Origin: Eledone cirrhosa
Lineage: Eukaryota
Assembly (NCBI GenBank): GCA_964016885.1
Contig: OZ024743.1
Location: 89,466,001 to 89,530,000, forward strand
Direction: 5' to 3'
Length of the DNA stretch: 64,000 bases
Part shown: piece after piece, positions 41,334-54,389 of the stretch
Numbering within the stretch: the first letter of the stretch is position 1
Layout of the letters: the number at the start of each line of letters is the position of its first letter
Notes under the pieces: model-generated
The model's input: only the letters and a program-made list of their open reading frames with translations
Database searches by the model: none
Told to the model about the DNA's origin: nothing
Translations under genes and position numbers: made by a program

Positions 41334-43325
41334 ATTTAATTTATTGGCCACAAGGGCCGACATGTAGGGGATAATACAAAGACACGGACAGTGGGGTTTA
41401 TAATACGATTGAGTAAAAATGCACAATAACAAAATCAATTTAACAATGAAAAAAATATAAAAATAAACTATGAATGAAAATAAGAAAATAAATTCCCCAA
41501 TAGGGGCGTGAATCACCCAGGGGCGACTCAGGTACCTCACCAATCCCGAACCACCCGATGCTTCTAGGGTCCCTGGGGAGGGCACCCCTATCCTCCTCAA
41601 ATTAATCAGCTTACAGGCACATGGTCGGAGTTGGCCCACTCACACGGGCCATTCTCACCACATTCACCCACCTTTCAGCAAATGTACTGGGAGACGGCAC
41701 TTCTCTCTCCACCCTCATCTTCCTTTCCAAGTGAAATTCGAAAACGTTGATGAGGGATTGGCCGAAGAGAAAAGTGTCTGTCTTCAGTCCTTTCAACCTC
41801 GTCCACCATACAACCTCTGTCGCTACTGCCACCAGACAGAGGAAAATTGCCTGCCCTTCCTGGCCAAAAGAAGGTGGCGAGTCAATCTTCACTATGGACT
41901 CGGCCAATAGCCGGATCCGTTCTACACGCAACAACAGCTGTTTAACATAACTCCACAAGTCAGTAATGCACGGACATTGGACGGGTGCGTGCAGAACGGT
42001 TTCATCACTCTGCATGCATCTATGGCAGGTCCGTCTGATAGCATTTCCGTGCCTATAGAGTTTAACTCGAACCGGCAGTGCCCCCCGGTAGCACTGCCAA
42101 GCGAGGGATTTCTGGAAGTTATCCATCGTCCCCGGCTCGAAAGTCCTCCGGAACAGACTGGTCAGTTCGACTTCGTCGACGCCAGAGCCTCTCCGAGTGC
42201 GTTGTTGCACTTGCCCACCACTAATCCTCTATAGAACTCGAGAGTGGAAGTTCCGAGGACTACACTGCCCGACTGATAGAGGGCAGTGAGTGCCTGGCAA
42301 CATTCCATGTACCAGTCACCCAGTTTCGGTCTCTTCTTGACGCAAGACTGCAGCCCAGTCAAAGAGACGAGCTGCGGTAAGGCCCATCTGAGAAACGGTG
42401 ACCACGCATGTTTACTGTTTAGGCAGAATAACTGGAGATGCCTCAAATTTAGCGCATGCCTGCGCACCATTAACTACGGCATGCCCAGCCCTCCATGTAC
42501 AGGGTGTTGGCAGCAGATGGATCGCCTCACCAACGGAACCTGTCCCCTCCACAAGAAGTTGAAGAGGAGCCGTTCCAACTTGGCGAGGCGCGGACGGGGG
42601 CAAGGCATGACGGTCAGGCGGTAGTAGATGACGGACGTGGTGTACGCATTCGCCACCTCCTCCCGACCTTTCAGTGACAGCTTCCTCGCAGCCCATTTCT
42701 GGGTGAGACTGGCTACCCTGATCGTCACCTCGTCCCAATTCTTATCCCACCTGGAGGTCTGGGCTGAACGAAACCCCGAGTTACTTTACCGGTCGTCCAA
42801 CCAGTTGAAGTCCGCTACCATCTGACCCGAACAACCGAACAAAGTGCTGGCGAAAGGCTTCACACATCCGCCTGGAATCGCTCAGTTTGTGTCCGCCTCG
42901 GTCCGTCAAAGACCGAATTGTAGTTTTATTACCACGCTGCGACTCTGCCACGCGGGCCCATCGAATAGCTTTGGTTCCCTCGTTTCTCAGAGCACGTGCT
43001 TTAGCTCTGACAATGCAACATTTGTGTTTCGCATTGAAGAAATGGTCTAATGTCATTCTCGCTGCGAGCACGTCAGTTGCAATGCTACTACAAATAGCCT
43101 CGTCTTAGCTACCAGCTCCCCTCCTTTCTATTTTTCTCTAACGCTACTTCTTTGCTAAACCCTATGGAAACTACTCTAATCCCTATTTTGAGAGCTCCCC
43201 ACCACCTGTTGTTGACGACCCCACCCCCTGTCAACTTATGCTTAACTAAATTGTTGACCCAGTCCGTGTAAACCTTACGTGCCGGAAACGACATGTTCAG
43301 CTTCCAGTAACCAGGTCCTAACCTA
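41334..43325 (-). mobile_element. Degenerate Tx1/L1-clade LINE ORF2 (RT core deleted) flanked by (ATT)n
   Basis: GPGYWKLN, ARALRNEG, WAARKLSLKGR..FNFLWRG..HGGLGMP and CHRC..ETVLH..CP. AATAAA precedes an (ATT/ATC)n tail, and taataata lies at the 5' junction. Confidence 0.85.
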
Positions 43326-43704
43326 GTAATAATAATAGTAATGATTTCTACTTTAGGCACAAGGCCAGTAATTTGAAGGGGGGGGGGGGTCGATTAAATC
43401 GACTCCAGTGCATTACTGGTGCTTTATTTTATCGACCCCGTAAGGATGGAAGGCAAAGTTAATCATAAAGGGCCGTAATTCTATGCTGCATGGCACGGCG
43501 TTCTACCCTCTACCGATATAATAATAATAATAACAATGATAATAATAATGATAAAGGAAAATGAAATTTTGAACATCTCAACATTAACAGCTACAATGGC
43601 ATCCATGTCCCCCCACCAACAATAGAACTCCCCCACCCTCCTTTCGGAAAAAGCCCTAACACCACCGGCAACATCAACAATGGCCACAAGTATATTATAA
43701 TAAC

Positions 43705-46700
43705 TAGAGGACGACCCCTCTAGTCTTTGTTGACACTCATCCTAGGAGTGGTAACTCGAAATAATTACCCCTTGGCGGTTAAGGATAAAACGCAACATGA
43801 TAAATCCGATGTCAAATAATAAAAACTTATACCGAATCGGCCCTCACCCGGGTCAGAGAGGAACCAGACTGGGGTCGAAAAATCAGCTAATGGTTCAAAC
43901 CTTCCCATCAGTTCGGAGCTGGAAACCTCCCATAACCGGAATACTCCTACTGTTGGCCTTCCATGCTCACCACCAAGAAATCCAAAGAAAAAGAGAGAAA
44001 AATAGTCAAGGGAAGACAATAAAGAAGTCCTTGAGGCTTTCTACACTGGCATGTACTACCCATCAAATAGATCGAATACAGAACAGACATATATCAACTG
44101 GAAAAAAAACATCCTGAAAACAGAGATTATATTGACAGTAATAAACTAGCTAATATACGAAGAAACATCGTTAAGAAGAAATTACTAACTGACATAGAAA
44201 TAGATCAGCTCAAGCAATTAGTGCAAAATCAGCGAAGGGAAAATGAAACATGTGTCAGTGAAAACGAAGTAAATTGTAACACCTTAAATCCCAGGGTCGG
44301 AGCGGAATCACTGACAGCAGAAAAAATTAAAGAAAGGATCGAAAAAGTGGAAGGAGTGCATGTTCAAGATGAAATTCAAAATGAAAACAATGAAGAGATT
44401 ATCAATGATAAAGAAATGAATGCGAATGAACTCGCCAACTTGAAGAATGAAATTATGAACGAATGGATGAAAATGAAAGAATCTGTCATGGAGGAACGAG
44501 GCACCCTCCCTAAGATCCGGAACTCCAAACAGAACCAGAGGATAATACGCAAGATTCGCATAGCTCTCAAAGACATTATCACCACAAATAAACTAAATAT
44601 TTATTTCTATTTTAGGCACAAGGCCAGCAATTACCCAGTGCATTACTGGTACTTTATTTTATCGACCCCGTAAGGATGAAAGGCAAAGTTAACCTCGGCG
44701 GGATTTGAACTCAGATCATAAAGGGACGTAACTCTATGCTTCAAAGCATGGTGTCCGACTCTCTACCGATACTGCCAATACACCGCCCTTAATAAACTAA
44801 ATATTACTGAACTATATCATCTCTATTATGCATCGGCTAAAGTCATCACTCACTTATGTGGAGTGAAAATGGAGAAACAAAGGAATTCCCACAAAAATCC
44901 TACTTGACAAGAGAACATCAATCTCCAAATAAACTTTCTCCGATCTGACATAGAAATTTTAGCAAACTACAAAGTAGGTGAACATGTTAAACAAACTAAA
45001 CTCAGAAAATTGAAAAGAAAATACAATATAAATTCAGCAAGCGACATAGACCTGGTGATAGAAACAATCAAGGAAAAAAGTGTCGGCCAAAGCTGCTCGT
45101 ATAAGGCGCTGTGAAAAACGCTCCAGATTCTATAAGGACAATAATATGTTAAAAAAAAACAAAAAACCTACAGAAAAATTGGCAAGCCAACAATAATTGC
45201 TAAATCAATACCACCCAAGGAGGAAGTGCAAGAATTCTGGAAAAAGATCTGGGCCGAAAAAAAAGTTCATAATATACATGCTCCATGGATAGACAGACGA
45301 ATGAAAGATGCAGCTCACCTTGAGGAACAAACATGAGAAAATATAACAGTTGAACATCTGCGTTTAGCTCTTAGAAAATCCAGCAAATGGAAATCCCCAG
45401 GGAAAGACAAGATACCAAATTTCTGGATAAATGCCTTCACAGAGTATCATGAGCTATTAGCCTAACTTTACAATAACATGGTTAAGGAGCCAGAAAAGAT
45501 ACCATCATGGCTAGTTAACGGCATTACATTCCTACTTCCGAAGAATGATGAGAAAAATAATCCAAAAAATTACAGACCGATAACTTGCTTGACCGCTATG
45601 TATAAAATCTTAACATCAGTTCTAACTGAATATACATATGATCACCTGATAACGAATGATCTATTTCACAATGAGCAGAAAGGGTGTAAACGAGGCTCAT
45701 ATGGCTGTAAGGATCAGCTTTTGGTTAACAAAATGATACTGGAAGATTGTCATAATAGACACAAAAATCTATCAACTGCTTGGATAGATTACAAAAAAAC
45801 ATTCGATAGTTTGCCACACAGTTCGATTGAAAAGTGTTTAGTGATTTTCAAAATATCTCCCGTTGTCAGGAGGTTCTTGTCATTTAGTATGAAGACATGG
45901 AAAACGACACTCATTTTGAATAGTGAAAAATCGCTGGAAGCTGGAGAAGTTGATATTAATTGTGGAATTTTTCAGGGTGACTCTTTATCACCGCTTTTAT
46001 TCTGCATCGCACTTATACCATTAAGTAAAATGCTCAATGAAACAAAACATGGTCAAACTCGTTTTGAAACATTAAAGCAACAAAAGATCATACTCCATTA
46101 CAAAAGTTGCACATAGATACAGTAATAAACTACACATTTCAGAAGTTCCCTTTACTCCTGAAATGAAAAATACAGAAAACTGCAAAGAAAGAACTGCTAC
46201 AGAAACTGGCTAAGAAATGGCAAGAAAAACCTCTGTATGGAAAATACCCAGAAAGAGCTAACCATCCTGATGTTGACAAAAGGTTAACCCATCAGTGGTT
46301 GGCATCCCCTGGACTGAAAACAGAGACTGAAGGACTGATTATATCAGCACAAGATCAGTGTCTGCCAACAAAAAATTATCACGCCAACATCATAAAAAAT
46401 GGATGCAACCAATTATGCCGTGTATATAAAAAAAACAACCAGAGACCATTGATCATATAATTTCAATGTGCAGTCCTATAGCTCCAACCGAATATCTAAA
46501 CAGGCATGATAGAGCTGCAAAATACATACATTGGGTAATGTGTAAGTATTTTGATCTGCCCCATCAAAAGAATTGGTGGGAGCATCAACCACCTCCCGTA
46601 CTTGAAAAAGATCACATCTCAATTTTGTGGAACTTTAGCATCCAAACAGACCGAAAAATAGATGCAAATATATCTGATATAATACTGAAGGACTGTAAAA

Positions 46701-46942
46701 AGCGGGTATGCCTGCTAATTGACATGACCGTTCCTATAGACAAGAATGTATCTATAAAAACATTTGAAAGATTGAGCAAGTATAAAGACCTGGAAATAGA
46801 GATTGGAAAATGTGGAAGTTGAGAACTAAAACAATACCAGTGGTTGCAGGCGCTCTAGGAATGATACCTAAAGGGTCTAATGATTACTTATCCCAAATCC
46901 CAGGAAATTCGCGTATAGAGGAAATACAACAAATAGTTCTAA
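43705..46942 (+). mobile_element. Near full-length decayed R4/Dong-type RLE LINE with internal deletion
   Basis: N-terminal (W)SREDNKEVLEAFY..WKKKHP..KLANIRRNI..LTDIEI, then WKSPGKDKI, NYRPITCL, QGDSLSP, a deletion near 46050, KTETEG..AQDQ, RHD and LIDMTVP..KYKDL. Preceded by tataataac. Confidence 0.85.
44602..44790 (-). mobile_element. Full-length SINE inserted in the R4/Dong ORF
   Basis: 15-bp TSD aataaactaaatatt at 44587-44601 and 44791-44805. Confidence 0.9.
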
Positions 46943-46945
46943 TAA

Positions 46946-47400
46946 ATGGTACGAACATCAACCAAAAATAGTCATGGAAAAGGGCAACATATCCATCTTG
47001 TGGGTTATGCCTGTGATAACCGACCGAGAATAGCTGCCAACAGGCCAGATATGATCATAAAAAACAAAACGAATCGGACATGTAGCCTTATAGATATTTC
47101 CGTACCAGCTGACAAGAATACATCTATAAAAACAATGGAAAAGTGTCAAAATACATAGAGATCAACCGCATGTGGAGGATGACTACAAACACTATTCTTG
47201 GATCATTAGGATTAATAGCCAAATCCCCAGACCAGCGTCCTTCACTGCAAGATCAGCAAATATAAGCTACAGAAGATCGGACTACTAGGAAGAGCACACA
47301 TTCTCAGATGAGTTCTTTATCTACAATGAAAACATCTATTGTCCTAGATTGAAGGCCTTAACTCGGCAACAGAGAAACAGAACTGAGCTAAACGAAATAA
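46946..47400 (+). mobile_element. 3' fragment of a second RLE LINE family
   Basis: WYEHQP..AANRPDMIIKNK..LIDISVP..EK, ending in an (AAC/AAT)n tail. Confidence 0.75.
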
Positions 47401-47422
47401 CACAACAACAATAATAATAATG

Positions 47423-47870
47423 AGTGAAGGTACTATGGGATTTCAGGATACAGACAGACAAGAAATTAGAACACAATAGGCCTGACCTGGTGGTTTTTGA
47501 CAAAGAAAAAAGATCGTGCCTGATTGTAGATGTAACCAACCCTTTTGACACAAGAGTGCAAGAAAAGGAGGAGGAGAAAATTAACTGATACCAGGATTTA
47601 AAGTGGGAATTAAAAAAGGATGTGGGACAGTCGTGAGATCAAGGCCGTCTCGATTATCATAGGAGCACTAGGTACTATCTCGATGAGTTTTCAGGAATGG
47701 TTAAAGAACATTAGTCCAGCCCCCTTTTTTGGAACATTTCAAAGGCATGCTTGCTGGGAACAACAAGAGCCCCCCGATACGTCCTAAATATCTGATGCTG
47801 CAGGTAGCGGCTTTTATGTTTATTTGAACAAACTTTCCAGTTAAATAACATCAATGACTGAGACTCCAAG
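47423..47870 (+). mobile_element. 3' fragment of the same family as 16247-18253, in (AAT)n
   Basis: [24 protein letters not shown]. The 3'UTR actttccagtta..acatcaatgactgaga is shared. Confidence 0.9.
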
Positions 47871-48397
47871 AATAACAAAAATAATAATTTCATTCTCACC
47901 TCTTTCACTCCTCTTTCAATAATAATAAGAACCATGACTGTCAGTCCGTCCGCCACCTTCTCCCTCTCTCTAAATAACTAAAACATAACTAAAGCATAAC
48001 GTCTGAACGAACGAAAATGCGGGGTATTCATTGTTTTTGTGTGTTTCGGTATGTGTATCTATTTATTTGTGTGTGTGTTTCTGTCATTCGATATATAGAC
48101 AACGCAACACAGACTTCAAAGAAAGACTTTCACTATAATGACAGGTTGCTGTTGTTATTGAGAGAAAAATACAGCAGGGGGGGGGGGGGGGAGAGAGAGA
48201 GAGAGTGAGTGAGGGAAAGAGTTGTGTGTGTGAGGATAGATAGGTAGAGAGTGTTGTCACCTGAAAACGCGGGAATTTTAAGTGTAAGTCTTCTAGCACG
48301 TGTGGAAAATAATTGTGTGTGTGTTTCTGTATGTCTTAAGGAAAATCAGGCTATAACTAGTAATAGTAATAATAATAATAATAGTAATGATAATAAC

Positions 48398-48720
48398 GGT
48401 TTTTTTTATTGGCCAAGAACAGCACAGGACGGTAGATTGGGAATGTCTGCGTGTAAAAATGAGTTTAAAACAAAAACAAAGGATGTAACAACAAAAATAG
48501 AAACAAAAGAAAATTCCACAATAGAGGGGGGGGGGGGGGGCTTTCCGAGGGTTAATCGTGGAGAAAGCCTACAAAAGCCACTGTCACCCTGACCACCAGG
48601 TGCTCTCTCTCCCAGGTGTCCTCCATCAAACTACAGGCACATGCTCTGAGCAGATCCATTCCTTCTCCACACTGATTTTCCTCTTCAAGTGAAACCTGAA
48701 GGAATTAATTAGGGTGTCAC
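48398..48720 (-). mobile_element. Tx1-like LINE 3' fragment with (ATT)n tail
   Basis: Minus-strand FRFHLKRK..MCL* resembles the 41611 ORF end. ggccaataaa precedes (ATT)n. Confidence 0.55.
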
Positions 48721-48934
48721 CAAAATAATAGTTTCTTATATAGGCACAAGGCCAGCAATTTTGGGGGGAGGGGAAAGTTGATTAAATCGACCCCAGTACG
48801 TTACTGGTACTTTATTTTATCGACCCCGAAAGGATGACAGGCAAAGTTAACCTCGGCGGGATTTGAACTCAGACTGTACAGGGGCGTAACTCTGTACTGC
48901 AAAGCATGACGTCCGACCCTCTACCGATACTTTG

Positions 48935-49832
48935 GAACGCGGTATTTTGGAACGCGGGCCACCAACAGACCTAATCGTGGAAAAACTGCATGCCTGGACA
49001 ATATGTAAAGAAAATAAACCGAATACTCTGATGGCTAGATAATCTTTAAGATTTTCCTCGATGAAGCAGGAAAAATGCAGGTTTTAACCTAATGCGGGCC
49101 CTGGGGGGATCAAGAAAATGAATATTTTTTATGTGTATAATATGCCTTGAAATTTCGGGAAAAAATCGGCTAGACATAACGCCTCCAAAAAGGCCTAAGA
49201 AGCTGAAAAAATGAAGTTTTTCACCTAATGCGGACCCTAGGCCATAAGAAAGTTGGATTTTCTTTGCTCACGGTATGAAGAAGAGACTGACTAATACATA
49301 GTTACAATTTCAAGGAAATCGGCCTGACGTAACGCCTAAAAAAACCTCTAAAAATCTTTAAAAACGCAGTTTTCATCCAATGCGGGCCCTAGGAGATAAG
49401 AAAAAGTTGAAGGTGCATAATACTCACTGAAACATAAGTAATACACATGTAAAGTCTGAAAAAAAAATCGGTTTGGTACTTCTCGAGTTTTAGGGATTCA
49501 AACTCACAGACACACACAGACATACATACATCCTCAGGGAAGTGACATAATGCAGACAGCTAGACATACAGACAGATATTATAAGGGCGCGACGTTATAT
49601 GTATGTATCTATCTAAAAAGAGAAAGACTAAGAATTATAGAGAGAGATCGCTAAATCACCTAATGTGGTCCCTAGGGCATTGAAAATTCGAATTTCTTTT
49701 TGTTCAGAACACTCCCTGAAACATAAGTATTACATGTGTAAAGTTTGAAAACAGTCGGTTGGGTGGTTCTCAAGTTTTACGGATTTGAACTCACACACAC
49801 ACACAGACATACTCAGTTTTATATATATAGAT
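48935..49832 (+). mobile_element. Non-autonomous repeat with internal ~140-150-bp subrepeats; Helitron-like
   Basis: acctaatgcgggccct recurs at ~49088, 49223, 49376 and 49658. Ends tcggtt..ttctc..(CA)n..ttttatatatatagat. Confidence 0.35.
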
Positions 49833-49842
49833 ATATATATAC

Positions 49843-49919
<77 letters not shown>

Positions 49920-50096
49920 CGTCTCTGTGTGTGTGTATTGTTTATTTCTAGAATCGTTGAGCGACATATGAATCTAGAGATAGTCCCTGGATAGAATCAA
50001 GTGGACAATGTCACTATGTATGTATGTATGTACACACACACACACATGTATATGTAAGTGTGTATGTGTGTATGTGCGTGTATGTAAATGTGTTTG

Positions 50097-50152
<56 letters not shown>

Positions 50153-50171
50153 AACATATCTACATACACGC

Positions 50172-50228
<57 letters not shown>

Positions 50229-50569
50229 TGTATATATACTAAATATATACTTATATATATATATATAAATATATATATATATATGCATGTACATATATAT
50301 ATACTAAATATATACTATATATATATGTGCTGGCGGGGAAGTGTCTGTAAATGTGAATTTAGTCTTATGTTTACACAATATGCAATTATATATACACACC
50401 CACAAGACACACCCATCCACACACATAAAGTGACATACACACGCACGCATACACGCATACACATACAGCTGACACTCACAGCCACACATGTATTTGTATT
50501 TACTATGGCAAACATCCATGGGAATAAGTACAGGAAACCAGTTCGGAGGACGTCTATAGTTGTCTACTT

Positions 50570-51845
50570 CCACCACCACCACCACCACCACCATCACTAC
50601 CACCACCTCCACCTCCACCATCACCATAACCACCACCACCATCACTACCACCACCTCCACCTCCACCATCACCATAACCACCACCACCATCACTACCACC
50701 ACCATCACTGCCACCACCATCACTACCACCACCATCACTGCCACCACCTCCACCTCCACCATCACCATAACCACCACCACCATCACTACCACCACCATCA
50801 CCACCACCATCACTACCACCACCTCCACCTCCACCACCAACATAACCACCACCACCACCACCACCATCACTACCACCACCTCCACCTCCACCACCAACAT
50901 AACCACCACCACCACCACCACCATCACCATAACCACCACCACCTCCACCTGCACCATCACCATAACCACCACCACCACCACCGTCACCATCACTACCACC
51001 AACTCCACCTCCATCATCACCATAACCACCTCCACCTCCACCATCACTACCACCACCTCCACCACCACCATCACCATAACCATCACCATAACCACCACCA
51101 CCACCACCAGCACTACCACCACCTCCACCACCACCTCCACCACCACCATCACCATAACCACCACCACCACCATCACTATCACTACCACCATCTCCATCAC
51201 CACCATCACGATAACCATAACCACCACCTCTACCTCCACCATCACCATCACCACCACCACCTCCACCATCACCACCACCACCTCCACCATCACCATAACC
51301 ACCACCATCACCACCACCACCACCACCATCACCATCACCACCACCACCCCACCACCACCATCACCATCACTAACACCACCTCCACCATCACCATAACCAC
51401 CACCACCTCCACCATCACCATAACCACCACCATCACTGCCACCACCACCACCACCATCACCATAACCACCACCATAACCACCACCATCACTGCCACCTCC
51501 ACCACCACCATCATCATAACCACCACCACCACCACCACCATCACCACCACCACCACCACCACCACCACCCCTACCGGCATCCCGCCGCCGCCACCCCCAC
51601 CACCAAATTACATCAGCAAACGTTTCCATCCTTCACCTTTATACGACCTCTAAAAGGTCAGTAGGAGAGAGACACTATGTCACGTAGCACATTTCTCTCT
51701 CTCTCTCTAACACTGCACACATTACACAGTTCACATAACGCACATTACATATAACATACATTACACATTACACACTCGAATAATATGAATGGATGATACT
51801 ACTGTTACTCCTACCGCTGTTGCTGCTACTACGTCTACTACTATC

Positions 51846-51887
<42 letters not shown>

Positions 51888-51950
51888 ACAACACCACCAC
51901 CACCGCTACCACCACCACCAACACCGCTACCACCACCACCACTACCACCA

Positions 51951-52006
<56 letters not shown>

Positions 52007-52020
52007 GCTACTGCTACTAC
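50570..52020 (+). repeat. (CAC/CAT)n trinucleotide array followed by (GCT)n/(CCA)n/(CTA)n
   Basis: Directly visible. It is the source of the poly-His/Thr/Val ORFs. Confidence 0.95.
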
Positions 52021-52044
52021 TTCTAATGCCAAATGTACGCTCCA

Positions 52045-52948
52045 ACGCTGGTAATAGATCCAAGTGAGATATAAAATGCATTGTTATGGTTTGCTCCCTC
52101 CCGGACCCTCTTTTGGGTCTCGGAAACCCTCCAAATTTGTAATAGGTCCAGGCCAGAAATATAGGACCCCAACTCTGGTAATATGTACAAATCAGATATA
52201 ATGTGTAAGCTCCCGAAACTAGTAAAAAGCCCGCTCCAGAAATAAAATATAGGCCTCCATATAGGCCTGGGTCAGATATAAAGTGTAGAGCTAAGAGGCC
52301 CAGGCCACATATGAAATGGAGCCCCTCTCCCTCCACACCCTCCAAGCTAATAATAGGCCAAGAACAGGTATATAATGTAGACTACCGAAGTTAGTAATAC
52401 GTTCAGACCACATGTGAAATGTAGACACCCAAAGCTAGTAATAGTCCCAGGCCTGATATAAAATATACTGGCCTAATGTGAAATATATACCTCCCTACAA
52501 ACTAATAATCTGCCTGGGCTAGATATAAAATATAGGCCCCTAAAGTTAGTAATAAGCCCGGGCAAAATATAAAATGTAGCCCCCCCCCCCACCCCCAAAA
52601 AAAGTTAGTAATAAGCCCGGGCCAGATATAAAATGTAGAACGCAAAATTTAGTAATAGGCCCGGGCCAGATCTAAAATGTAGGCCCCTAAAGTTAGTAAT
52701 AAGCCCGTGCCAGATATAAAATGTAGACCGCAAATGTTAGTAATAGGCTCAAGCCAGATATAAAATGTAGGTCCCAAAAGTTAGTAATAGGCTCAAGCCA
52801 GATATAAAATGTAGGTCCCAAAAGTTAGTAATAGGCTCAAGCCAGATATAAAATGTAGGTCCCAAAAGTTAGTAATAGGCTCAAGCCAGATATAAAATGT
52901 AGGTCCCAAAAGTTAGTAATAAGCTCGAGTTAGATATAAAATGTAGAT
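52045..52948 (+). repeat. 44-bp tandem minisatellite (ttagtaataggctcaagccagatataaaatgtaggtcccaaaag)
   Basis: Near-identical units at ~52737-52915, progressively degenerate leftward. Confidence 0.9.
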
Positions 52949-53644
52949 GAAGCTGTGATTCAACGAGTTGTGAGCGTTGAGGTCAACAAGGACGACGATT
53001 TCATCATTTCAATGAGCCTTAGAAATGTTTAGCGGTGCCTATCTCCTCTCCAAGTCCACAACAAACTTTAGGCTGCCACTATAGACAGTTCTCAATGTGT
53101 GGCTGTAAATTGTCTCCAAACGAAAACAGCACAACCTAAGTGTTGTTGTTGTATAATCTCAATGCAGCTCCAAATCGAGTAGACTTATGATAAAAAACAA
53201 TCTATTCTACCAAGCCCAGTTTATCTAGGATTACACTATCCAATGTGCAGTCCTGTGTTACACCAATCCTGTCTGTAACTATTAGATCTGACTGGCTAAT
53301 AGTTTTATATTTCGCAAAGTGTATATAATATGGCGGGAGAGGGTGGGGACGATTTCAACCAACCAGTTTCCATTGATGTATATTAACATAATTTCATTCA
53401 TAAGTCATATAACAAGAGAGGCGTAAAAAGAGGGGCGGGGGGAGGAGAAGGGAAGAGGAGGAAAGCACACACACACACACACACACAGAGAGAGGCACAC
53501 ACACGTGTAATTCTCGTACAATCGTAGACATATTAGAGTTGTCTGCCTGTGTGTGCCCGCGCGCGCGTGTATCATAACGTGTTTCTGTCGGGTAACTGTG
53601 TCATATCTAGTGCGAACACACACAGACACCCCCTCCGCCCATGT

Positions 53645-53704
<60 letters not shown>

Positions 53705-54389
53705 GGGGGTACATCTAGCACTGCGGGATATTTCCTTCGCCAGCTGTCAACTGAGATCATAGTGATTTCGACACCTTCCGACTCGCTCAACCTCTCCCAC
53801 TCTACCGGTGGAACCACCATTGATGTTATCAACAGACGACTGGATTATTTTCCTTCACATCGTCGCTCGTTAATTTTTCCGCCTCTGATATATATCATAC
53901 TATACTGTACTATGATATACTATAATATGATCTAATATAATATAATATAATGGTTTCTGTATTAGGTACTGGGCCAACAATTTGGGGGGAGGGGAAAGTC
54001 GATTAAATCGACTCCAGTGCGTTACTGGTACTTTATTTTAGCAACTCCGTAAGGATGAAAGGCAAAGCTAGCCTTGGCGGGATTTGAAACAGAACATAGA
54101 GAATCGTAATAACTACCGCAATGTATTTTGTCCAACGCTCTCCCGATACTGCCAATCCACCGCCCTATAATATAATATATGATATAACATAACAATATAA
54201 TATAATTGTTTCTACTTTTGGAACAAGGCCAGCAATTATCCTAGTGCATTACTGGTATTATTTATTGACCCCGTAAGGACGAAAGGCAAAGTTTGAATTC
54301 AGAACGTAATGGACTATAACTCTATGCTGCAAAGCATGGTGTCTGATGCTCTACCGGATCTGTCAATCCACAGCCCTATCATATCATTA

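Noticed and set aside
50088-51653. 521-aa His/Thr-rich ORF and overlapping 441-aa and 278-aa ORFs
   Set aside because: These are translations of (TA)n and (CAC/CAT)n repeats, open in several frames on both strands, with no gene structure.
52045-52948. Possible CRISPR-like array (also 9254-9460)
   Set aside because: The units are contiguous tandem repeats with no unique spacers, the context is eukaryotic, and no cas genes are present.
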